Below, in pieces: positions 25,236 through 40,311 of a stretch of DNA of 40,605 nucleotides. The position numbers and the translations under genes are program-made. The stretch is from assembly GCA_004299495.1 (NCBI GenBank), contig SCPY01000069.1:1-40605 (forward strand), given 5' to 3'. A model generated the notes under the pieces. The model saw nothing but the letters and a program-made list of their open reading frames with translations, was not told where the DNA came from and searched no databases. Origin of the DNA: a bacterium. Lineage in GTDB: Bacteria; Omnitrophota; Gorgyraeia; Gygaellales; UBA12090. The number at the start of each line of letters is the position of its first letter. Position 1 is the stretch's first letter.

Positions 25236-26324
25236 ATGAAATTCCAAGTAAACAAAGAAACCTTATTTAGTAATATCCAGGTTGTGCAGAACATTGTTAC
25301 CTCAAGGGCAAGCCTGCCAATACTATCCAACATTTTAATAGAGACAATGGATGGGAAAATACGGCTTACCGCTACCGATTTAGATATTGGAATATCTTGT
25401 GAATTTCCTGTGGATATTGTGGAAAGCGGAGCGATTACCGTTCCCTCTAAAAGGTTCGCGGATATAATTCATGAATTAACTAACAACAAAGTAACCATAG
25501 CCGCCAAAAAGAATAATACGGTGCATATCCAGAGTGAAAACTGCGAGTTTAAAGTGATGGGGCTGCCCAAAGACGAGTTTCCCAAGCTCCCTGAATTTAA
25601 AGACAAAGAAGCGGTTAGAATAGAGCAGCCGGTTTTAAAAGAAATCCTTACTCAGACCAGCTACGCGGTTTCTCATGACGAAACCCGTTATATTTTAAAC
25701 GGCATACTCTTTAAGATAGAAAATGATGTTCTCACTTTAGTGGCAACAGACGGCAGGAGGCTCGCCCTTACACAGAAAAAAATAAACAAAAGCGGCAACC
25801 AACAGTTTAAGGCGATTATCCCCTCAAAGGCAATCCACGAGTTAAATCGTAACCTGAAAGAAGAGGGCGACGCCCTGCTTACTTTTGGGGAAAATCAGGC
25901 ATTGTTTGACCTGGGGTCCATACGGATTATCTCACGGCTTATTGAGGGCGAATTTCCTGATTACCAGCAGGTTATTCCTAAGGAGGTAAAAGATAAAATC
26001 AGGATTAACCGCGAAAAGTTTCTTTTGGCGATTAAAAGGGCGGCGGTATTGTCCACCCTTGATTATCAGGCGGCCAAAGTAGAGGTTTTTAAGAACAAGA
26101 TTGTAATCTCAAAGTCCACTCCCGACATAGGAGAATCAAGGGAGGAGTTGGAGGCGGTATATTCGGGCAAAGAGCTGGTAGTGGGCTTTAACCCCGCTTA
26201 TCTCATAGACGCGGTAAAAAATCTCACCGATGAGGAAATCAGCCTTGAGGTGCTGGATTCGGAAAAGCCGGGGGTCATCAGAAACCCCGAGCATCTTTCT
26301 ATTGTGCTGCCGATGAGATTATAA
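25236..26324 (+). CDS. dnaN: DNA polymerase III beta sliding clamp
   Basis: 362 aa; MKF.V.KE.L...IQVVQNIV..R.SLPILSN.LIE pattern; LTATDL; position after dnaA. Confidence 0.93.
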   Translation: MKFQVNKETLFSNIQVVQNIVTSRASLPILSNILIETMDGKIRLTATDLDIGISCEFPVDIVESGAITVPSKRFADIIHELTNNKVTIAAKKNNTVHIQSENCEFKVMGLPKDEFPKLPEFKDKEAVRIEQPVLKEILTQTSYAVSHDETRYILNGILFKIENDVLTLVATDGRRLALTQKKINKSGNQQFKAIIPSKAIHELNRNLKEEGDALLTFGENQALFDLGSIRIISRLIEGEFPDYQQVIPKEVKDKIRINREKFLLAIKRAAVLSTLDYQAAKVEVFKNKIVISKSTPDIGESREELEAVYSGKELVVGFNPAYLIDAVKNLTDEEISLEVLDSEKPGVIRNPEHLSIVLPMRL

Positions 26325-26330
26325 ATTAAT

Positions 26331-30373
<4,043 letters not shown>

Positions 30374-30385
30374 AGATGAGGATAA

Positions 30386-32818
30386 ATGTATACCCGTAAC
30401 GAAAAAATAGTTCCGGTTTATATAGAGGACGAGGTCAAGGATTCTTACCTTAATTACGCGATGAGCGTGATTGTGGGCAGGGCCCTTCCGGATGTGCGCG
30501 ACGGCCTAAAGCCGGTGCACCGCCGCGTGCTTTTTGCCATGCAGGATCTCGGCTTAGAGCATAATAGGCCCTATAAGAAATGCGCCCGTATCGTAGGCGA
30601 GATCCTGGGAAAATACCACCCTCACGGCGATGTGGCGGTTTATGACACCTTAGTGAGGATGGCCCAGGATTTTTCTCTGCGCTATCCCCTGGTTGACGGA
30701 CAGGGGAATTTCGGATCGGTAGACGGGGACGCCGCGGCCGCGATGCGTTACACCGAGGCCCGTATGGATGCTATTGCCGAAGAGATGCTCGCGGACATTG
30801 AGAAGGATACGGTCAGCTTCGGGCCGAATTTTGACGCCTCGCTTAAAGAGCCGCTTTTGCTGCCGGCGAAGCTGCCCAGCCTTCTGGTGAACGGCTCAAG
30901 CGGCATCGCCGTGGGCATGGCTACCAACATTCCTCCGCATAACTTAAGCGAAGTCTGCGACGCCCTGATTTATCTGCTTGACCATTCCGATGCCGAGATA
31001 AAGGACCTGATGCGCTACGTCAAAGGCCCGGATTTTCCCACCGGAGCAATTATCTGCGGCAAAGGCGGGATAAAAGACGCCTATACTACCGGCCGCGGCA
31101 AGCTTACGGTGCGCGCCCGGGCTACCGTTGAACATCAGAAGAACGGCAAAGACCTGATTGTGGTTACGGAAATTCCTTATCAAGTCCAGAAGTCCTCCCT
31201 GATTGAGGCGATCGCCAATCTTGTGGATGATAAAAAGATAGAAGGCATCTCGGACATCCGCGATGAATCCGACAAAGAGGGAATGCGTATTGTAGTTGAA
31301 CTTAAGCGCGATATTGAGCCGCAGATTGTCCTAAACCAGCTTTTTAAGCACACCCAGCTAGAGACTACTTTCGGGATTATTATGCTGGCCCTGGTGGATA
31401 ACCGGCCGCGGGTCTTAAATTTGCGCCAGATACTTGATTGCTATATCGGCCACCGCAAAGTCATTATCCGCAGGCGCACCCAATTCGAGCTGGACAAAGC
31501 CCTAAAGAGGGCGCATATTTTAGAGGGCCTGAAGATTGCCCTGAAGTTTATCGACCGGATTATCAAGGTTATTAAAACCTCTAAGAGCGTGGAGGCCGCG
31601 CGGGAAAACCTGATGAAGGAATTCGGCCTTTCGGAACTTCAGGCCCAGGCAATACTGGAGATGCAGCTGCAGCGGCTTACCGCGCTTGAGCGCGACAAGA
31701 TTGACGCCGAATACGCCGAGCTCTTAAAGAAAATTGAGCTTTGCAAGGCCATCCTTGCCTCGGAGAAGAAAATAGAAGCCATTATTAAAGAGGAGCTTGA
31801 GGAGCTGAAGAAAAAATACGGAGATGAGCGCAGGACCGAGATCGTGGGAGAAGTCCAGGAGCTTGAGATCGAGGATTTAATCGCCGAGGAAGACGTAGTG
31901 GTTACTATCAGCCACGCGGGCTACATTAAGCGCCTTCCGGTAGCCGCCTATCGTAAACAGAAGCGCGGCGGAACAGGGTCTACGGGAGCCGAGGTAAAGG
32001 AGGAGGATTTCATTGAGCACCTTTTTGTGGCTTCCACCAAAGATTACCTTTTGATCTTTACCGATAAAGGCCAGGCCTACTGGCTTAAGGTCTATGAGAT
32101 CCCGCAGGGCAGCAGAACATCCAAAGGCAAGGCCATCGTTAATCTCTTGCAGGTAAAGCCGGAGGAAAAGATAGCCGCCACTATCCCGGTCAAGGAATTC
32201 TCCGCGGATAAATATTTAGTAATGGCGACCAAACTCGGCCTGATTAAGAAAACCTGTTTGGACGCCTATAGTAATCCAAGAAAAGGCGGGATTATCGGTA
32301 TAACCCTGGAAAAGAACGATGAGCTTATCGGCGTAGAGATGACCGACGGCAAGCAGGAGCTTTTGATAGGCACCAAAGAAGGAAAGGCGGTCCGGTTTCC
32401 CGAGGCACAGGCCAGGGATATGGGCAGGGGCGCTAAGGGCGTGCGGGGAATAAAGTTAGCCAAAAAAGACGAAGTTATAGCGATGATTATTGCCCAGAAA
32501 GAGGCCACCATCCTTACGGTTACCGAATTGGGTTTTGCCAAGCGCACCCCGTTTAAGGAATACCGCCTGACCCGCCGCGGGGGCAAAGGCATTATTAATA
32601 TCAGGGTTACCGATAAAAACGGCCTTGCCACAGCACTTAAAACCGTAAGCGATGAAGACGAGTTGATGGTGATCACGCAGAACGGAATGTTTTTACGCTG
32701 CGCGATAAAGGATATTCGCCCCACCGGAAGGGCCGCTCAGGGAGTGCGGCTAATTAAACTGGAAGACAAAGATAAGGTTTCTTGCGTCGCCCCGGTAATC
32801 GCCGAGGAAGAAGAATAA
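30386..32818 (+). CDS. gyrA: DNA gyrase subunit A
   Basis: [24 protein letters not shown]; catalytic AAMRYTE; C-terminal beta-pinwheel repeats; 810 aa. Confidence 0.95.
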   Translation: MYTRNEKIVPVYIEDEVKDSYLNYAMSVIVGRALPDVRDGLKPVHRRVLFAMQDLGLEHNRPYKKCARIVGEILGKYHPHGDVAVYDTLVRMAQDFSLRYPLVDGQGNFGSVDGDAAAAMRYTEARMDAIAEEMLADIEKDTVSFGPNFDASLKEPLLLPAKLPSLLVNGSSGIAVGMATNIPPHNLSEVCDALIYLLDHSDAEIKDLMRYVKGPDFPTGAIICGKGGIKDAYTTGRGKLTVRARATVEHQKNGKDLIVVTEIPYQVQKSSLIEAIANLVDDKKIEGISDIRDESDKEGMRIVVELKRDIEPQIVLNQLFKHTQLETTFGIIMLALVDNRPRVLNLRQILDCYIGHRKVIIRRRTQFELDKALKRAHILEGLKIALKFIDRIIKVIKTSKSVEAARENLMKEFGLSELQAQAILEMQLQRLTALERDKIDAEYAELLKKIELCKAILASEKKIEAIIKEELEELKKKYGDERRTEIVGEVQELEIEDLIAEEDVVVTISHAGYIKRLPVAAYRKQKRGGTGSTGAEVKEEDFIEHLFVASTKDYLLIFTDKGQAYWLKVYEIPQGSRTSKGKAIVNLLQVKPEEKIAATIPVKEFSADKYLVMATKLGLIKKTCLDAYSNPRKGGIIGITLEKNDELIGVEMTDGKQELLIGTKEGKAVRFPEAQARDMGRGAKGVRGIKLAKKDEVIAMIIAQKEATILTVTELGFAKRTPFKEYRLTRRGGKGIINIRVTDKNGLATALKTVSDEDELMVITQNGMFLRCAIKDIRPTGRAAQGVRLIKLEDKDKVSCVAPVIAEEEE

Positions 32819-32824
32819 ATATCA

Positions 32825-32898
32825 GACCCCATCGTCTAGCCTGGTCAGGACAAGAGCTTTTCAAGCTCTCGGCACGGGTTCAAATCCCGTTGGGGTCG
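32825..32898 (+). tRNA. tRNA-Glu (anticodon UUC)
   Basis: Acceptor GACCCCA/TGGGGTC; D-arm TCGTCTAGCCTGGTCAGGACA, as in bacterial tRNA-Glu; anticodon stem AGAGC/GCTCT with loop TTTTCAA; T-arm ACGGG-TTCAAAT-CCCGT. Confidence 0.85.
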
Positions 32899-32915
32899 CT
32901 TAAAATAGGTGCTCG

Positions 32916-34748
32916 ATGTGCGGCATAGTCGGTTATGTCGGCCAAAGGCCGGCCCAAGGCATTCTCTTAAGCGGCCTAAAGCGCTTAGAGTATCGCGGCT
33001 ACGACTCAAGCGGAATGGCTATGGTACTTTCCCGGAAGAATAGCATTTCTGTCAGAAAATCCGTAGGCAAAATAATCGTCCTGGAGAACCTCTTAAAGAA
33101 AAGGCCATTATCCGGCATGACCGGGCTGGCGCACTCGCGCTGGGCAACTCACGGCGCCCCCAATCAAATTAACGCCCATCCCCACCAGGATTGCACAGGC
33201 GAAATCGCCATAGTCCATAACGGAATAATTGAGAATTATGCTTCTTTGAAGGCGGCCCTGATAAAAGAGGGCCACCGTTTCGTAAGCCAAACCGATACCG
33301 AAGTCATCGCCCACCTGATTGAGAAATTTTATAAGGATGTTCCTCTTGAGGAAGCGGTGCGAAAGAGCCTATCGCAATTAACCGGCTCTTTTGCCATCGG
33401 AGTAATTTCCGGGAGAGAGCCGCATAAGCTTATCGGCGCCCGCCAGGGAAGCCCGCTGATTTTAGGCGTAGGCAAAAACGAGCAATTCCTGGCTTCCGAT
33501 GTCCCGGCGGTTTTAGGACATACCAAAGACATAATCTTCTTAGAAGAAAACGAACTGGCGGTATTGACTAAAGACAGCGTAGAGGTTACGGATTTAAAAG
33601 GCGCGCCCATTCGGAGAAACCCGGTGAGCATAAGCTGGGACATTGCCCAGGCCCAGAAGCAGGGCCACAAGCATTTTATGCTTAAGGAGATCAATGAACA
33701 GCCGGCCATAGCCGAGAACCTGCTTAAGATGCGCCTGAAAAATAGCGGGGTGTGCTTTGAAGAGCTGAGCATTTCCGAAGAAAATCTTAAAAGCATTAAA
33801 AGTATTTCCATTGTCGCCTGCGGCACCGCCTATCATGCCGGGCTGGTGGGAAAATATATTATAGAATCCCTCTGCGCCATCCCGGTCAACGTAGATGTCT
33901 CAAGCGAATTCAGATACCGCGATTTATTAATCGGCCGCGACTCTTTAGTAATCGCCGTCAGCCAGTCGGGAGAAACCGCGGATACCTTAGCCGGGGTAAA
34001 AACGGCGCGAAAACTTGGATGCTCAGTGCTCTCAATATGCAATGTGCTGGGCTCAAGCCTGACCCGGGAATCAGACGGAGTTATCTATACCCATGCCGGA
34101 CCGGAAATAGGCGTTGCCTCTACCAAGGCCTATACCGCCCAGCTTTTAACCTTTTATCTTTTCGCTCTTTACCTCGCGCAAATCAGAGATACCCTTAAGG
34201 CCCAAAAAATGCGCGAGCACATAGAAGATTTAAAAAAGATCCCCGGGCAGCTCGAAGAGATTTTAAAAAATCAGAAAGCAATTGCCGGCCTTGCCAGAAA
34301 GCACTCCCATTTCGGGTCATTCTTATATTTGGGAAGGCACCTGAATTATCCCTCAGCCCTTGAGGGGGCGTTGAAGCTTAAAGAGATTTCTTATATCCCC
34401 GCCGAGGGTTATGCCGCGGGCGAGATGAAACACGGGCCTATCGCGCTTATTGACGAATATCGGGCGGTGGTTTGTATTGTTCCCCGGTCGCATGTCTACG
34501 AAAAGATGATTTCCAATTTGCAGGAAATCCGCGCCCGGAAAGGAAAAATTATCGCCATAGCAAGCTCCGGGGATGAAGAAATCAAAAAACAGGCCAAAGA
34601 GGTAATCTATATACCCCCTTGCGATGAATTGTTTTCTCCGCTTCTCGTCGCCCTGCCTTTACAGTTAATCGCCTATCATATCGCGCTCAAGCGCGGATGC
34701 GACGTTGACCAGCCGCGCAATTTAGCCAAGAGCGTAACTGTTGAGTAA
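32916..34748 (+). CDS. glmS: Glutamine--fructose-6-phosphate aminotransferase
   Basis: MCGIVGY N-terminal nucleophile; two SIS domains; C-terminal DQPRNLAKSVTVE. Confidence 0.95.
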   Translation: MCGIVGYVGQRPAQGILLSGLKRLEYRGYDSSGMAMVLSRKNSISVRKSVGKIIVLENLLKKRPLSGMTGLAHSRWATHGAPNQINAHPHQDCTGEIAIVHNGIIENYASLKAALIKEGHRFVSQTDTEVIAHLIEKFYKDVPLEEAVRKSLSQLTGSFAIGVISGREPHKLIGARQGSPLILGVGKNEQFLASDVPAVLGHTKDIIFLEENELAVLTKDSVEVTDLKGAPIRRNPVSISWDIAQAQKQGHKHFMLKEINEQPAIAENLLKMRLKNSGVCFEELSISEENLKSIKSISIVACGTAYHAGLVGKYIIESLCAIPVNVDVSSEFRYRDLLIGRDSLVIAVSQSGETADTLAGVKTARKLGCSVLSICNVLGSSLTRESDGVIYTHAGPEIGVASTKAYTAQLLTFYLFALYLAQIRDTLKAQKMREHIEDLKKIPGQLEEILKNQKAIAGLARKHSHFGSFLYLGRHLNYPSALEGALKLKEISYIPAEGYAAGEMKHGPIALIDEYRAVVCIVPRSHVYEKMISNLQEIRARKGKIIAIASSGDEEIKKQAKEVIYIPPCDELFSPLLVALPLQLIAYHIALKRGCDVDQPRNLAKSVTVE

Positions 34749-34781
34749 TTAAGGGGTTATGCTTGCTTGCGGAAATTACTC

Positions 34782-34809
34782 TTGACTAAGCAAATTTAAA
34801 TGCTATAAT
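34782..34809 (+). promoter_or_regulatory. Sigma70 promoter of the pyr operon
   Basis: TTGACT (34782-34787), 16-nt spacer, TATAAT (34804-34809). Confidence 0.6.
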
Positions 34810-34825
34810 TAAATTAACCTTTAAA

Positions 34826-34845
34826 GGCCGGCCCTGAGAGGCCGG
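34826..34845 (+). promoter_or_regulatory. PyrR-binding hairpin (pyr attenuator anti-antiterminator type)
   Basis: GGCCGGCC-CUGAGA-GGCCGG, containing the CNGAGAGG core seen in PyrR binding loops. Confidence 0.6.
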
Positions 34846-34888
34846 AAAGGAATAAGATGATTACTAAAATAGTTGGTACGAGAAAAGC

Positions 34889-34922
34889 AACCCTTGGCGC
34901 GAAGAGCGCCCAAGGGTTTTTT
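34889..34922 (+). terminator. Attenuator terminator upstream of pyrR
   Basis: AACCCTTGGCGC-GAAG-AGCGCCCAAGGGTT followed by a T run, 6 nt before the pyrR ATG. Confidence 0.7.
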
Positions 34923-34927
34923 ATTAG

Positions 34928-35464
34928 ATGAAAGAAAAAGCCCCGGTGCTGGATAAGGAAATGATTTCCCGCGCCCTTGCGCGCATGGCTCATGAAATCA
35001 TTGAGCGTAACCGCGGCACAGAAGATCTGGTGATTGTGGGCATCCTTCGCCGCGGCGCCTATCTTGCCCGGCGGCTCGCCGAGTGCGTCAAAAAAATAGA
35101 CAACCGCCAGATACCCGTAGGCACAGTAGACATTACCCTATACCGCGACGACCTGACTATGCTTGCGGCTCAACCGGTAGTGCGTAAAACCGAGATCAAT
35201 TTTGATATTCAGGATAAAAAGGTGATCCTGGTTGACGACGTTTTGTATACCGGAAGGACCGTCCGCTCAGCCCTCTCCGAATTAATAGATTTTGGCAGGC
35301 CAAAATGCATTCAGCTTGCGGTTTTGATAGACCGCGGCCACCGGGAGCTGCCTATCCGCGCCGATTATGTGGGTAAAAACATCCCTACCTCGCAAAACGA
35401 AATCGTAGAGGTGCGCCTGGATGAAGAGGATGGCTTAGACGAAGTGGCGGTGGTAGAGCGATGA
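34928..35464 (+). CDS. pyrR: Bifunctional pyr operon regulator / uracil phosphoribosyltransferase PyrR
   Basis: 178 aa; [10 protein letters not shown]; PRPP motif [13 protein letters not shown]. Confidence 0.9.
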   Translation: MKEKAPVLDKEMISRALARMAHEIIERNRGTEDLVIVGILRRGAYLARRLAECVKKIDNRQIPVGTVDITLYRDDLTMLAAQPVVRKTEINFDIQDKKVILVDDVLYTGRTVRSALSELIDFGRPKCIQLAVLIDRGHRELPIRADYVGKNIPTSQNEIVEVRLDEEDGLDEVAVVER

Positions 35465-36396
35465 GCGGCTGGGCCAAGAAGGATTTGCTGGGGCTGGAAT
35501 ATTTAAGCAGAGAAGAAATAGAACTTGTTTTAGAGACCGCGGAGTCATTCAAAGAGGTTACTACCAGAGAGATTAAAAAGGTTCCGGCCTTACGCGGCAA
35601 AACCGTGGTCAACCTTTTTTACGAACCCTCTACCCGGACCCGCGTGTCTTTTGAGGTGGCGGCAAAGAGGCTGTCCGCGGATGTGATTAATATCGCGGCA
35701 GAGGCATCTAGCGTGCGTAAAGGTGAAACCCTGATTGATACCGGAAGAAATATAGAGGCCCTCAAGGCTGATATCGTGGTTATCAGGCATAGCTATTCGG
35801 GAGCGCCGGTTATATTAGCGCGAAACTTAAATATCAGCGTGGTCAATGCCGGAGACGGCTGGCACGAGCACCCCACCCAGGCGCTTTTAGACCTTTTTAC
35901 CCTGAAGGAAAAATTGGGCAGAATCGCCGGGATTAAGGTAAGCATTGTCGGAGATATCAGTCACTCGCGGGTGGCACGCTCCAATATCTGGGGTTTAACC
36001 AAATTAGGCGCGTTTGTTACAGTCTGCGCCCCTAAAATGCTTATCCCGCCGGGCATTGAGCGGATGGGGGTTTCGGTAACATCTTCCATAGACGAGGCGC
36101 TCAAAGACGCGGACGCGCTGAATGTCCTGCGTATGCAATTTGAGCGGGATGAGGCGGCGGCATTCCCGCAGGCATTTGAGTATTTCCGGCAATTCGGCAT
36201 TACCGAAGAAAGGCTGAGGAAAGCCGGGAAAAATATCGTGGTGATGCACCCCGGCCCGATTAACCGGGGTATTGAGATGGAAAGCAACGTTGCCGACGGC
36301 CCCAATTCGGTAATCTTAGAGCAGGTCACCAACGGCATCGCGGTAAGGATGGCGGTGTTGTTTTTGGTATCCCAGGCCAATGAGGCAAAGGCATGA
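35461..36396 (+). CDS. pyrB: Aspartate carbamoyltransferase catalytic subunit
   Basis: [21 protein letters not shown] motifs; 311 aa. Confidence 0.93.
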   Translation: MSGWAKKDLLGLEYLSREEIELVLETAESFKEVTTREIKKVPALRGKTVVNLFYEPSTRTRVSFEVAAKRLSADVINIAAEASSVRKGETLIDTGRNIEALKADIVVIRHSYSGAPVILARNLNISVVNAGDGWHEHPTQALLDLFTLKEKLGRIAGIKVSIVGDISHSRVARSNIWGLTKLGAFVTVCAPKMLIPPGIERMGVSVTSSIDEALKDADALNVLRMQFERDEAAAFPQAFEYFRQFGITEERLRKAGKNIVVMHPGPINRGIEMESNVADGPNSVILEQVTNGIAVRMAVLFLVSQANEAKA

Positions 36397-37724
36397 AGCT
36401 TTTAATCAAAAACGGCCGGGTAATTGACCCGGCAAATAATATAGACGAAACACTGGATATCCTGGTTGAGGATTCCCGGATAGCGGGGATAGAAAAAAAT
36501 ATCAAAAACGGCGCGCAAAAGGTAATTGATGCCGCGAATAAAATTGTCCTGCCCGGGCTGGTGGATATGCATGTGCATTTAAGGGAGCCGGGAAGGGAAG
36601 ATAAGGAAACGGTTTTTAGCGGCACCCTGGCGGCGCTAAAAGGCGGGGTTACCAGCGTCCTGGCTATGCCAAATACTCAGCCCGCGATTGACTCAACAGA
36701 AAATATCCGCCTGCTAAAAAATATTATTAAGGATACGGCGCAGGCGCAAGTGTATATTGCCGGCTCAATCACCAAAAACCGAAAAGGCGAGGAATTGGCC
36801 GATATCCAAAATCTAATAAAAGACGGGGCAGCGGCTTTTACCGATGACGGCGCCTCGGTGGAGAATGAAGAATTACTCTTAAACGCGCTAAAACTCGCAA
36901 AGGCAAACAAAAGCCTGATTATCTGCCACTGTGAAGATAAAACTCTTTCCGGCAAAGGGGTGATGAATCTGGGGTTCACCTCTACGCGTTTAGGCCTAAG
37001 AGGCATCTCCGGGGAATCAGAACATAAGCGCGTTGAAAGAGACGTTGCCTTAGCGCAAAAAATAGACTGCCCTATTCACATCGCCCACATCAGCTGTAAA
37101 GAATCGGTGGAGATAATTGCAGCGGCAAAGAAAAAAGGGATTAAGGTAACCTGCGATACCGCTCCGCATTATTTTTCCCTGGATGAGGAAGAGCTTCTGG
37201 GCTATGATGCCAATATGAAGATGAACCCGCCCTTAAGAACAAAAGAGGATGTTTCGGCGATAAGGCGGGCCTTAAAAGACGGCACCATAGATGCCATTGC
37301 CTCAGACCACGCGCCGCACACCATCAATGAAAAAGAGATTGAGTTTGACCGGGCGGAGTTTGGGGTAATCGGCCTTGAGACGGAATTGGCGGCAAGCGTT
37401 ACCGGGCTGGTGGATGCCGGCATATTGAATTGGATGGAATTGGTAAAGAAGATATCCTTTAATCCGGCAAAGATTTTAGGAACAAACAAAGGAAGTTTAA
37501 GCGTAGGCGCGGACGCAGACATAACGGTTGTTGCTCCGGATGTGGAATGGGCGGTTACCAAGAACGGCCTTGTATCTAAATCTAAAAATTCCTGCTTCCT
37601 GGGAAAAAAGTTGAAAGGCAGAGTGGAATATACGATTTACGGCGGGAATATTGTTTATCAGTTTTCATGTTCCCAGGGGCCCAGCGCGCGTATTGGCGGG
37701 GCAGCTGCCAAGGAAATATCTTAA
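36393..37724 (+). CDS. pyrC: Dihydroorotase
   Basis: DMHVHLREPG, metal-binding His residues, SDHAPH motif; coupled to pyrB (ATGA). Confidence 0.9.
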   Translation: MKLLIKNGRVIDPANNIDETLDILVEDSRIAGIEKNIKNGAQKVIDAANKIVLPGLVDMHVHLREPGREDKETVFSGTLAALKGGVTSVLAMPNTQPAIDSTENIRLLKNIIKDTAQAQVYIAGSITKNRKGEELADIQNLIKDGAAAFTDDGASVENEELLLNALKLAKANKSLIICHCEDKTLSGKGVMNLGFTSTRLGLRGISGESEHKRVERDVALAQKIDCPIHIAHISCKESVEIIAAAKKKGIKVTCDTAPHYFSLDEEELLGYDANMKMNPPLRTKEDVSAIRRALKDGTIDAIASDHAPHTINEKEIEFDRAEFGVIGLETELAASVTGLVDAGILNWMELVKKISFNPAKILGTNKGSLSVGADADITVVAPDVEWAVTKNGLVSKSKNSCFLGKKLKGRVEYTIYGGNIVYQFSCSQGPSARIGGAAAKEIS

Positions 37725-37729
37725 CTAAA

Positions 37730-38968
37730 ATGGAATTTGTCGCGGACTTTCATATTCACTCCAAATATTCGCGCGCTACCAGTAAGGATATGGATGTAGA
37801 GCATTTGGCTAAGTGGGCAAAGCTCAAGGGCATCCAGCTTATCGGCACCGGAGATTTTACCCATCATCTCTGGCTTGAGGAGCTTAAGAGTAAATTGGAA
37901 GATAAGGGAAACGGCCTCTACGCCTATAAAGGCGTAAATTTTATCCTGACCGCGGAAATAAGCTGTATCTATTCCAAAAATAATAAGGGTCACCGCATCC
38001 ATAACATTATTTTTGCCCCTTCTTTTAAAACCGTGGACAAAATCAACCACCATCTCGCCGCGATAGGCAATCTCGCCTCGGACGGCCGGCCGATCTTGGG
38101 GCTGGATGCCGCGGAACTGGCGCGGATTATTTTTAATATTGACCCTAACTGCTTTATTGTGCCGGGACACATCTGGACCCCATGGTTCAGCTTGTTTGGT
38201 TCGGCTTCCGGATTTGACAGGATTGAGGACTGCTTTGAAGAGCAGGCCCAAAACATCTATTGCCTGGAGACTGGATTGTCCAGCGACCCGGCAATGAACT
38301 GGCGCCTGAGCGCTTTAGACAGATTCAGCCTGATTTCTAACAGCGATTCGCACTCTCCCTCAAAAATCGGCCGGGAGGCAAATGTCTTTGACTGCGAAAT
38401 GAGCTACAAGGAAATCACCGATACGTTAAAAAATAAAGACAAGAAGAAATTTTTGTATACAATAGAGTTTTATCCCGAAGAAGGGAAATACCATTATGAC
38501 GGCCACCGCCTTTGCGGGGTTAGGTTTTCGCCTCAGGAAACTAAGCGCGCAAAAGGCATTTGCCCGAAATGCGGCAAGCGCCTGGTCATCGGAGTAATGA
38601 ACCGGGTAGACCAGCTTGCGGACAGGCCCGAAGGCTTTAGGCCGGACAACGCTATACCCTATAAGAACCTGATTCCTCTGGATGAAATTGTTGCTGAGGC
38701 AAAGGGAATGGGTAGGGCTTCTCAGGCGGTGGAGCATGAATACCGCGCCATTATCGCCAAATTCGGCACCGAATTTGAAGTCTTAGGCAAGGCACCCAAG
38801 GAAGATTTATTGAAGGGGATGGATGCCAGGATTGCCGATGCCATTATGCGGGTGCGCGAGGGAAGGGCGCATATTGCCCCCGGATATGACGGCGAATACG
38901 GAAAAATTTCCATCTTCGGGGATGACGATAAGCCCAAAAAACATGAAGAGCAGTTGAGTTTGTTTTAA
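37730..38968 (+). CDS. Endonuclease Q family protein (PHP domain plus Zn finger)
   Basis: The ATG at 37730 gives MEFVADFHIHSKYSRATSKDM. GTGDFTH, DGRPILG, PGHIWTPWFS, ISNSDSHSP, GKYHYDGH, CPKCGKRLVIGV, PGYDGEYGKI. This pattern matches archaeal EndoQ as recalled. Confidence 0.7.
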   Translation: MEFVADFHIHSKYSRATSKDMDVEHLAKWAKLKGIQLIGTGDFTHHLWLEELKSKLEDKGNGLYAYKGVNFILTAEISCIYSKNNKGHRIHNIIFAPSFKTVDKINHHLAAIGNLASDGRPILGLDAAELARIIFNIDPNCFIVPGHIWTPWFSLFGSASGFDRIEDCFEEQAQNIYCLETGLSSDPAMNWRLSALDRFSLISNSDSHSPSKIGREANVFDCEMSYKEITDTLKNKDKKKFLYTIEFYPEEGKYHYDGHRLCGVRFSPQETKRAKGICPKCGKRLVIGVMNRVDQLADRPEGFRPDNAIPYKNLIPLDEIVAEAKGMGRASQAVEHEYRAIIAKFGTEFEVLGKAPKEDLLKGMDARIADAIMRVREGRAHIAPGYDGEYGKISIFGDDDKPKKHEEQLSLF

Positions 38969-38969
38969 C

Positions 38970-39041
38970 GCGCCTGTGGCCCAATGGATAGGGCATCAGC
39001 CTCCGAAGCTGGTGGTACAGGTTCGACTCCTGTCAGGCGCA
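38970..39041 (+). tRNA. tRNA-Arg (anticodon CCG)
   Basis: Acceptor GCGCCTG/CAGGCGC plus discriminator A; D-arm GCCC-AATGGATA-GGGC; anticodon loop CTCCGAA; T-arm ACAGG-TTCGACT-CCTGT. Confidence 0.85.
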
Positions 39042-39194
39042 ATTTAATCCACAGTTAACAGAGCAAGTGGAGTAATTAGCCCATAAACTAAGCAAAAAAT
39101 TGGCAAAAGTGGTGGATATTATAGCTTATCACAGTCTTAGGGGTGCAATAAAGGCAATTCGCTTGGGTTTCAAGGCTTGTAGCGGATTAGATAT

Positions 39195-40307
39195 ATGAAA
39201 GCCATTTTCTTGTTAGAAGACGGGACGGTTTTTGAGGGAGAAGGCTTTGGGGCTAAGGGCGAGGCCTTTGGAGAGGTGGTTTTTAATACCTCAATTACCG
39301 GCTATCAGGAAATCATCACCGACCCTTCCTATAAGGGCCAGATTGTAGCCATGACCTATCCCCTAATCGGCAATTACGGAGTAAATGAGGAAGATATTGA
39401 ATCCTGTAAGCCCTGGCTTGAAGGTTTTGTGGTAAAGGAGCTAAGCGCCATTCGCTCTAATTGGCGCTCCACAATGAGCCTGGATGAGTATTTGGCAAAG
39501 CGCAATATCGTGGGAATCCAGGGTATAGACACCCGCGCGCTCACCCGCCTCTTGCGCCTTAAAGGGGCAATGCAGGGGGTGATTTCCACCCAAGACTTTG
39601 ATTTGGAGAGCTTAACGAAAAAACTCAAATCCGCGCCCCGGCTGGCGGGAGTGGATTTAGTCAGGGAAGTTACTTGTAAAGAACCTTACGTTTGGACAGA
39701 AGGCCGCAGGCCCAAGACAGCGGACAGGAAAAGATTTAAAGTAGCAGTTTTAGACTGCGGCGTGAAGTTTAATATCTTACGCAACCTATCCGGAGTTGGT
39801 TGTAAAGTTAAAGTGCTGCCTGCCCGGACTTCGGCAGAGGAGATATTAAAGCTTAAACCCGACGGGCTCCTGCTTTCTAACGGCCCGGGCGACCCCGAAG
39901 CGGTCAGCTATGTCATTGAAACCGCGCGTAACCTTTTAGGCAGGCTTCCCATATTCGGCATTTGCCTTGGCCATCAGATGCTGGGTTTGGCTTTAGGCGG
40001 CAAAACCTACAAGCTTAAATTCGGCCATCACGGAGGAAATCAGCCGGTGAAAGACCTAAAAACCGGCAAGGTGGCAATCACTGCCCAGAATCACGGTTTT
40101 AATGTGGATATGAAGACTATTCCCGGCAAGAATACGGTAATGACGCATATGAACCTGTATGATAATACTGCCGAGGGCCTGGAGAATAAAAGGCTTCGCT
40201 TTTTTAGTATCCAGTATCATCCTGAGGCGGGCCCCGGCCCCCACGATGCGAATTATTTGTTTGAGAAGTTTGTTCATTTAATGAGCGCAATAAAAACTAA
40301 AAACTAA
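39195..40307 (+). CDS. carA: Carbamoyl-phosphate synthase small (glutaminase) subunit
   Basis: [17 protein letters not shown]; catalytic GICLGHQ; GHHG; 370 aa. Confidence 0.93.
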   Translation: MKAIFLLEDGTVFEGEGFGAKGEAFGEVVFNTSITGYQEIITDPSYKGQIVAMTYPLIGNYGVNEEDIESCKPWLEGFVVKELSAIRSNWRSTMSLDEYLAKRNIVGIQGIDTRALTRLLRLKGAMQGVISTQDFDLESLTKKLKSAPRLAGVDLVREVTCKEPYVWTEGRRPKTADRKRFKVAVLDCGVKFNILRNLSGVGCKVKVLPARTSAEEILKLKPDGLLLSNGPGDPEAVSYVIETARNLLGRLPIFGICLGHQMLGLALGGKTYKLKFGHHGGNQPVKDLKTGKVAITAQNHGFNVDMKTIPGKNTVMTHMNLYDNTAEGLENKRLRFFSIQYHPEAGPGPHDANYLFEKFVHLMSAIKTKN

Positions 40308-40311
40308 CACT

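Noticed and set aside
32899-32915. glmS ribozyme upstream of glmS
   Set aside because: Only 17 nt separate tRNA-Glu from the glmS start codon, far too short for the ribozyme of about 170 nt.
37667-37729. Longer start for the PHP-domain gene (37667), overlapping the pyrC end
   Set aside because: The extension is Gly/Ala/Arg-rich and overlaps pyrC. The conserved EndoQ-type N-terminus begins at the ATG at 37730.
39042-39194. Integration scar or att site downstream of tRNA-Arg (TAATCCACA DnaA-box-like sequence, 150-bp ORF-free gap)
   Set aside because: There is no duplicated tRNA 3' end, no integrase and no foreign-looking genes. carA follows directly, so this is most simply a promoter/5' UTR region for carAB.
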